Positions 59,312 to 64,000 of a stretch of 64,000 nt of DNA are shown here, piece by piece. The notes under the pieces are model-generated. The model was not told where the DNA came from. It saw only the letters and a list, made by a program, of their open reading frames with translations, and ran no database searches. The DNA is from an uncultured Verrucomicrobiae bacterium (lineage in GTDB: Bacteria; Verrucomicrobiota; Verrucomicrobiia; Chthoniobacterales; JAFAMB01), in contig CAWEXO010000013.1 of NCBI GenBank assembly GCA_963813025.1, positions 608,001 through 672,000 of the forward strand. Direction: 5' to 3'. Within the stretch, counting starts at the first letter, position 1. The number at the start of each line of letters is the position of its first letter. Both the position numbers and the translations under genes were made by a program.

Positions 59312-61030
59312 TCACGATAGCGTCTTTGGGTTCCGCGCAACGTTTCTGGCCTGATAGGCTTCGAGACATTCTCGCAAAGTGTCGAAGAGGCGGTTAGTGC
59401 CAATCAGTTCGCTTAGTCTTTGACGATCCAGTTCTCTGCGCAGATCGGCGTTAACGTGGGCTAACACCAGAGAGACACTCCTCGCCGCCAATTCCCGCTG
59501 GAGTTCCTTGAGAGTGCTGCCGGCGGAATAGTCGATTGCCGTAATCGCCCCGGCATCCAGGACAAGCCAATCGACAGCCTGCACCGGTGTTACCAAGGCC
59601 AGCACCTGGTCGGCAAAATAATTTGCGTTCGCGTAATAAAGGTCGGCACCGAACCAATAGACCACCAGCCCCGGCTCAACCAGCTTACCCGGTTCCGCGT
59701 TGACCATACGCCAGTGGTCATCCGGATCCCGCAGCAGCACAGCTGTGTGCGGCCGGTAACCGTGGCGCACGTGATCCAGCAGCGACAGCACGATCGCCAG
59801 GAGAATGCCTTCTTTCACTCCGACGAGCACCACGGTGGCCATCGTAATTATTGCCAGGCGGAATTCCGCAATGCTCTTTTGCCGGATCGCCGCGAGCCCG
59901 CGATAGTCGATCAATTTGATGCCAATCAGAAACACGATAGCAGCAAGCGCCGCATTGGGCAGGTGGCTTAGTGGCCCGGTCAGGAATAGCAACACTGACA
60001 ACACCATTGTCGCGGTGACGAGGTGCGACAACTGGCTGCGACCTCCCGCGTCGTCTACGATGGCGGTTTTGGTTGGGCTGCCATTCACGACAAAAGTGCC
60101 GCTGCAGGCTGCAGCAGCATTGGCGAGCGCCAAGCCCGTCAGGTCCACGTCTTCCGCGAAACGCTCGCGGTAACGCAGCGCATACGCCCGGGAGGTGGCA
60201 GCGCTCTGAGCCAGGATTACGATGAAACAGGACACTGAGACCGAAAGGACCATAGGAATATCGCCCCACGAAACATCCGGCAGACCCAAGCGAGGCAAAC
60301 CACTCGGCACTTCACCGACAAGCTTGATCCCACTTTTTTCCAGGTGGAAAGCGATTGTTGCCGCGATCATTCCCACCACAGCGACCAGCGCGCCGGGAAA
60401 ATGGGCGGCGATCCGATCGCAGCCAGCGACCACCCCCAGGACGGACAAAGAGATGATCACACTGGGCAAATGAGTTGCAGAGAGGTGCTGAAGCAGAAAG
60501 AGCATGTTCCCGAAGAACCCATGTCCTCCCTTTTCCAGACCGAGCATCCCGGGTATCTGGCCGACGGCAACCTGAATACCGACGCCGCTCAAGAAACCTA
60601 CCAGAACGGTGCGTGACAGGAAGTCGGCGAGGAAACCCAGCCGCAACAACCGGGCCATCAGCAGCATTCCGCCCGCGAGAAGGGCCACCAGTCCAGTGAG
60701 GGCGACGTATTTGGTGGTCGAGGGAGCGGCGAGTGAACCCAGAGCCGCAGCCACAATCACGGCTGTAGCCGAGTCCGCAGCGACGACGAGGTGGCGCGAC
60801 GATCCGAAGATGGCAAATGCCAGAATGGGCAACAACATCGTGTAAAGCCCCGTGACCACCGGTGTGTTGATGATCTTGGTGTAGCCCATCACTTCGGGAA
60901 TGCCCACCGCAGCAAGGGTGAGGCCAGCCAAGACGTCTGACAGAATCCGCGATCGATCGAGAGGGAGAATACCTTGAAACACCGACAACGGTCGCTTGGT
61001 TAATTTGGTCTCTTGCTGGCTGGCTGACAT
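59312..61030 (-). CDS. SulP family anion transporter with STAS domain
   Basis: DVLAGLTLAA..IPEVMGY, FGSSRHL and STAS LYYANA...IDYSA. Confidence 0.93.
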   Translation of the reverse strand: MSASQQETKLTKRPLSVFQGILPLDRSRILSDVLAGLTLAAVGIPEVMGYTKIINTPVVTGLYTMLLPILAFAIFGSSRHLVVAADSATAVIVAAALGSLAAPSTTKYVALTGLVALLAGGMLLMARLLRLGFLADFLSRTVLVGFLSGVGIQVAVGQIPGMLGLEKGGHGFFGNMLFLLQHLSATHLPSVIISLSVLGVVAGCDRIAAHFPGALVAVVGMIAATIAFHLEKSGIKLVGEVPSGLPRLGLPDVSWGDIPMVLSVSVSCFIVILAQSAATSRAYALRYRERFAEDVDLTGLALANAAAACSGTFVVNGSPTKTAIVDDAGGRSQLSHLVTATMVLSVLLFLTGPLSHLPNAALAAIVFLIGIKLIDYRGLAAIRQKSIAEFRLAIITMATVVLVGVKEGILLAIVLSLLDHVRHGYRPHTAVLLRDPDDHWRMVNAEPGKLVEPGLVVYWFGADLYYANANYFADQVLALVTPVQAVDWLVLDAGAITAIDYSAGSTLKELQRELAARSVSLVLAHVNADLRRELDRQRLSELIGTNRLFDTLRECLEAYQARNVARNPKTLS

Positions 61031-61146
61031 ACCAACACGGGATCTTTCTTGGTTTGTCTCCTTTCTGGCGTATGACGCAGGACCGGCTTTAGCGTCAATA
61101 ACCGAGTGAAAGAGCCGCGCAGCAGACCTTCGATCTCCCGCCAGTT

Positions 61147-61623
61147 ATGAATGACCGCCTCAAGCTCATTTCCGGAAAACAGTCCTTGGTGCTTGATCCG
61201 ACCGATGGTCAGGAAACGATTGCCCGAGCTACAGACGTCTTCAGATACATTGATGCGAATTTCGAGCATTGGAATTGCGATCTGGCAGCGCCGGCTGCGG
61301 AAGAAACCCTAGTACAAGTCTACGAAATGGTCAGAGATAGCACCTTTCAGGAAATGTTTGGTGGTTTCGCCGTGGCGGTCGATCGTCTCGCCCTCACGCA
61401 AGCGCAGATTAAGCAATTCGTGAAGCGCTATCCCGACTGGCTGAAAAAAGGCGGTAACGGCACCTTTTTCCTGTTCAAGGCCGGTGACGAATTTTTCGTC
61501 GCCGCAGTGTATCTGTTCTTTGATGGACGTCTTGGTGCGCGCGTGCGACGCCTTACTCTCGGGCGCGTTTTCCGGGCTGAGAAGCTTCATCGGCTGGTGC
61601 TAAAATCACGTGGACTGAGGTAG
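61147..61623 (+). CDS. Hypothetical protein
   Basis: 158-aa ORF with protein-like composition. Confidence 0.55.
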   Translation: MNDRLKLISGKQSLVLDPTDGQETIARATDVFRYIDANFEHWNCDLAAPAAEETLVQVYEMVRDSTFQEMFGGFAVAVDRLALTQAQIKQFVKRYPDWLKKGGNGTFFLFKAGDEFFVAAVYLFFDGRLGARVRRLTLGRVFRAEKLHRLVLKSRGLR

Positions 61624-61645
61624 GACTAAGAAGCCGATCGCAATG

Positions 61646-62762
61646 CTAGTGCATTGTAGCATTGACTTCTGATATGATGATCTGCTAGCAAAAAGGAGTG
61701 TTAAAACGATTGGTTCTTTCTCCGCCAGAACGTCGACGACTTAGGCAGCGGGTCCGATCCCGTAGCGGGCGAGCAGAGGAGGCGCAGCGAGCCAAGATTG
61801 TCCTCTTGATTGCTAGCGGCAGATCGCAATGGGCGGTAAGTCGGCAACTGGGATGCAGCATCAACACCGTGCGACTTTGGCTGAAGCGCTTTATGGAGGA
61901 ACGTTTGGCAGGTCTTTTCAGTCGTCATCGTGGCAAGGTAGCCAGCCAACAGAGCGCCAAGCTCGAAGCTCAGATTTTGGCCGCGGCCCGACATAAACCC
62001 ACGGATGGCTCGACGCACTGGAGTACTCGGAAGTTGGCGGCCGAACTTGGCACCAACCATACCCGAGTCGCCCGTGTTCTGGCCAAAGCCGGACTGCAGC
62101 CGCACCGCCTGCGCCGCTACATGGCCAGCGACGACCCGGATTTTGAAACCAAGGCTGCTGATATCATTGGTTTGTATCTGAAGCCTCCGGTCAATGCCGC
62201 AGTTTTCTGCGTCGACGAAAAGAGCGCCATCCAAGCGCTGGACCGGCTCGATCCAGTGTTGCCGCTCTCGCCCGGAAGAGCCGAGCGGCACGGTTTTGAG
62301 TACTACCGTCACGGCACGCTTTCGCTCTACGCAGCGCTCAACACCAAAACCGGCCAGGTGCTGGGCCAAACTGCGCCTCGTCACACCAGTGCCGAGTTTG
62401 TTGCTTTTCTTGAACAGATCGTCGCCAGCTTTCCCGAGGGCCAGCAGATCCACATTATCGCAGATAATCTCTCGGCACATCGCACCTCCAGAGTCTGGCA
62501 GTTTATCGATCGTCATCGCCACGTGCGGATCCATTTTACACCGACCTATTCTTCATGGCTTAACCAAGTCGAGATCTGGTTTTCCAAGATCCAACGCGAC
62601 GTCATCGCCCGCGGAATCTTCCGTTCGGTCAAAGACTTGGCTAAAAAACTCATGACCTATATCCGACGCTATAACATAAAGGCCAAACCCTTTAAGTGGA
62701 CCTACCGATCAGCAGAGCGTCGTATCAATCCCGTATCAGGTTTAAACGCTACGCCGCACTAG
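61646..62762 (+). mobile_element. IS630-family insertion sequence
   Basis: CTAG at both ends; imperfect IRs CTAGTGCATTGTAGC and CTAGTGCGGCGTAGC (reverse complement). Confidence 0.9.
61698..62762 (+). CDS. IS630 transposase, intact ORF
   Basis: THWSTRKLA, CVDEK, YYRHGT, IADNLSAH and SWLNQVEIWF (DDE). Confidence 0.95.
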   Translation: MLKRLVLSPPERRRLRQRVRSRSGRAEEAQRAKIVLLIASGRSQWAVSRQLGCSINTVRLWLKRFMEERLAGLFSRHRGKVASQQSAKLEAQILAAARHKPTDGSTHWSTRKLAAELGTNHTRVARVLAKAGLQPHRLRRYMASDDPDFETKAADIIGLYLKPPVNAAVFCVDEKSAIQALDRLDPVLPLSPGRAERHGFEYYRHGTLSLYAALNTKTGQVLGQTAPRHTSAEFVAFLEQIVASFPEGQQIHIIADNLSAHRTSRVWQFIDRHRHVRIHFTPTYSSWLNQVEIWFSKIQRDVIARGIFRSVKDLAKKLMTYIRRYNIKAKPFKWTYRSAERRINPVSGLNATPH

Positions 62763-62975
62763 GACATGGAAATATGTAAGTCGAGCGCTTCACCCGTGAC
62801 CTGCCAGAAGTCGACGTACTTTCCTGTTAGACTGCGCAACCAAGTGTACTGTAGCTGTTTCGTCTGCCACGTCTGCGCCAGTTGCTCCCATTTAGCGGGT
62901 AACATCTCTTGGGCTCGCTGGGCCGCGCTATTAACGTCACAGAGGGTACCGTAGCATCGAAAACAAACGCCCGAA
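62763..62975 (-). pseudogene. Haloacid dehalogenase type II fragment, ending at the IS630 boundary
   Basis: YGTLCDV...W.TKQLQYTWLRSL.G.Y.DFWQVT..ALD. Confidence 0.75.
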
Positions 62976-63158
62976 CACCGGTAAGATGATGGTTCATCAC
63001 TCAAGTTAGGTTTTAAATGTGGAATCCACGTCCCGGTCACGTTCGAAATTGCCGTCCCTCTGATTCTCGCGCTACTGCGTGAAAATCGGGAATTGAAATA
63101 TGGTCTAATTTCAATCTGATTGCCCTTGCCTTCTGACGACATTCAGTAGACGCAGTGA

Positions 63159-64000
63159 ATGAAGTCATCCCAACAGCTTCTCAAACCAATGAAAGACAAT
63201 CCCGCTGACCCATCGAGCCTCCGCGGACTGCGTACCGGTCTTAGTGTTGAGGATATTAAGCAGTCATTTATTGATCATCTCTTCTACGGTCTTGGCCGCG
63301 TGCCAGCGGTCGCCACGCGCAACGATCTCTACACGGCTCTGGCACTCACGGTGCGCGACCGCGTGTTTCACCGCGGCGTGCGCACGGTGGAAAGTCACGA
63401 GGAAGAGCAAGCCCGAAGAGTCGCTTATCTCTCAGCGGAATACCTGCCCGGGCCCCATCTTGGGCTCAACTTGCTGGACCTCGGGATCACCGAGGAAACG
63501 CGGCAGGCGCTGTCCCAACTCGGCTACGATCTGGACGAGTTACTTGAGCAAGAGGACGAACCGGGTTTAGGCAACGGCGGTCTTGGTCGACTCGCCGCTT
63601 GCTACATGGATTCGTGCGCCTCACTGCAGATACCGGCCATCGGTTACGGTATCCGCTACGAATTCGGAATTTTCGAGCAGACGATCCGCGACGGTTGGCA
63701 AGAGGAACGGACCGACAAATGGCTTCGGTTTGGCAATCCTTGGGAGGTTGTTCGCCCCGAAATTTACTATGCTGTGCAATTCGGGGGCCACACGGAAACT
63801 TGGCAGGACGCTAAGGGTCATCATCGGGTGCGCTGGGTGCCGGACAATGTGGTCAAGGGTGAAGCCTACGATACTCCGATTCTCGGCTATCGTGTGGGTA
63901 CCGCAAATCTTCTGCGTCTCTGGAAGGCGGAAGCGGTTGAGTCGTTTAATTTCGCAGCTTACAACCAGGGCGATTACTATCGGGCGGTAGAGGATAAGAT
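63159..64000 (+). CDS. glgP: Glycogen/starch phosphorylase, 5' part (runs off the window)
   Basis: Translated by hand: ALALTVRDR, YLSAEYL.G, EPGLGNGGLGRLAACYMDS and GYGIRYEFGIF. Confidence 0.95.
   Translation, partial: MKSSQQLLKPMKDNPADPSSLRGLRTGLSVEDIKQSFIDHLFYGLGRVPAVATRNDLYTALALTVRDRVFHRGVRTVESHEEEQARRVAYLSAEYLPGPHLGLNLLDLGITEETRQALSQLGYDLDELLEQEDEPGLGNGGLGRLAACYMDSCASLQIPAIGYGIRYEFGIFEQTIRDGWQEERTDKWLRFGNPWEVVRPEIYYAVQFGGHTETWQDAKGHHRVRWVPDNVVKGEAYDTPILGYRVGTANLLRLWKAEAVESFNFAAYNQGDYYRAVEDK

Overview
Bacterial chromosome segment. The gene repertoire suggests a soil Verrucomicrobiota (Chthoniobacterales-like) genome, which is an inference. There are three zones. (1) 1-11,037 is core genome: a trans-sulfuration enzyme tail, ileS-lspA, a site-2 protease, otnK-otnC-otnI, a GNAT, an HpcH-type aldolase and tRNA-Tyr(GTA). 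Three of its intergenic regions are bracketed by inverted short tandem-repeat arrays. (2) 11,038-28,758 is a ~17.7 kb element integrated at tRNA-Tyr and bounded by a perfect 55-bp direct repeat. It encodes a tyrosine integrase, an XRE repressor, an excisionase-like protein, a Spo11/TopoVI-A-like TOPRIM protein and a family A DNA polymerase with two linked partners. It also has lambda-like small and large terminases with a lambda-like cos site, an ADP-ribosyltransferase-like protein and a duplicated ribbon-helix-helix cassette. I recognise no capsid, portal, tail, primase or helicase gene. This PolA-plus-terminase, virion-less satellite-like element is the best candidate for an undescribed system. 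(3) 28,759-64,000 is a decayed accessory island. It holds an Abi-like gene, an IS3 interrupted by a cargo-carrying IS66 derivative, an ECF sigma/Ser-Thr kinase pair, repeated LigD/AP2/SRAP remnants, a GH85, a Tat-DUF4331-nickel permease cluster, SulP and an intact IS630, and ends in the start of glycogen phosphorylase. All calls come from motif recognition by eye; no searches were run. Some frameshifts may be assembly indels.
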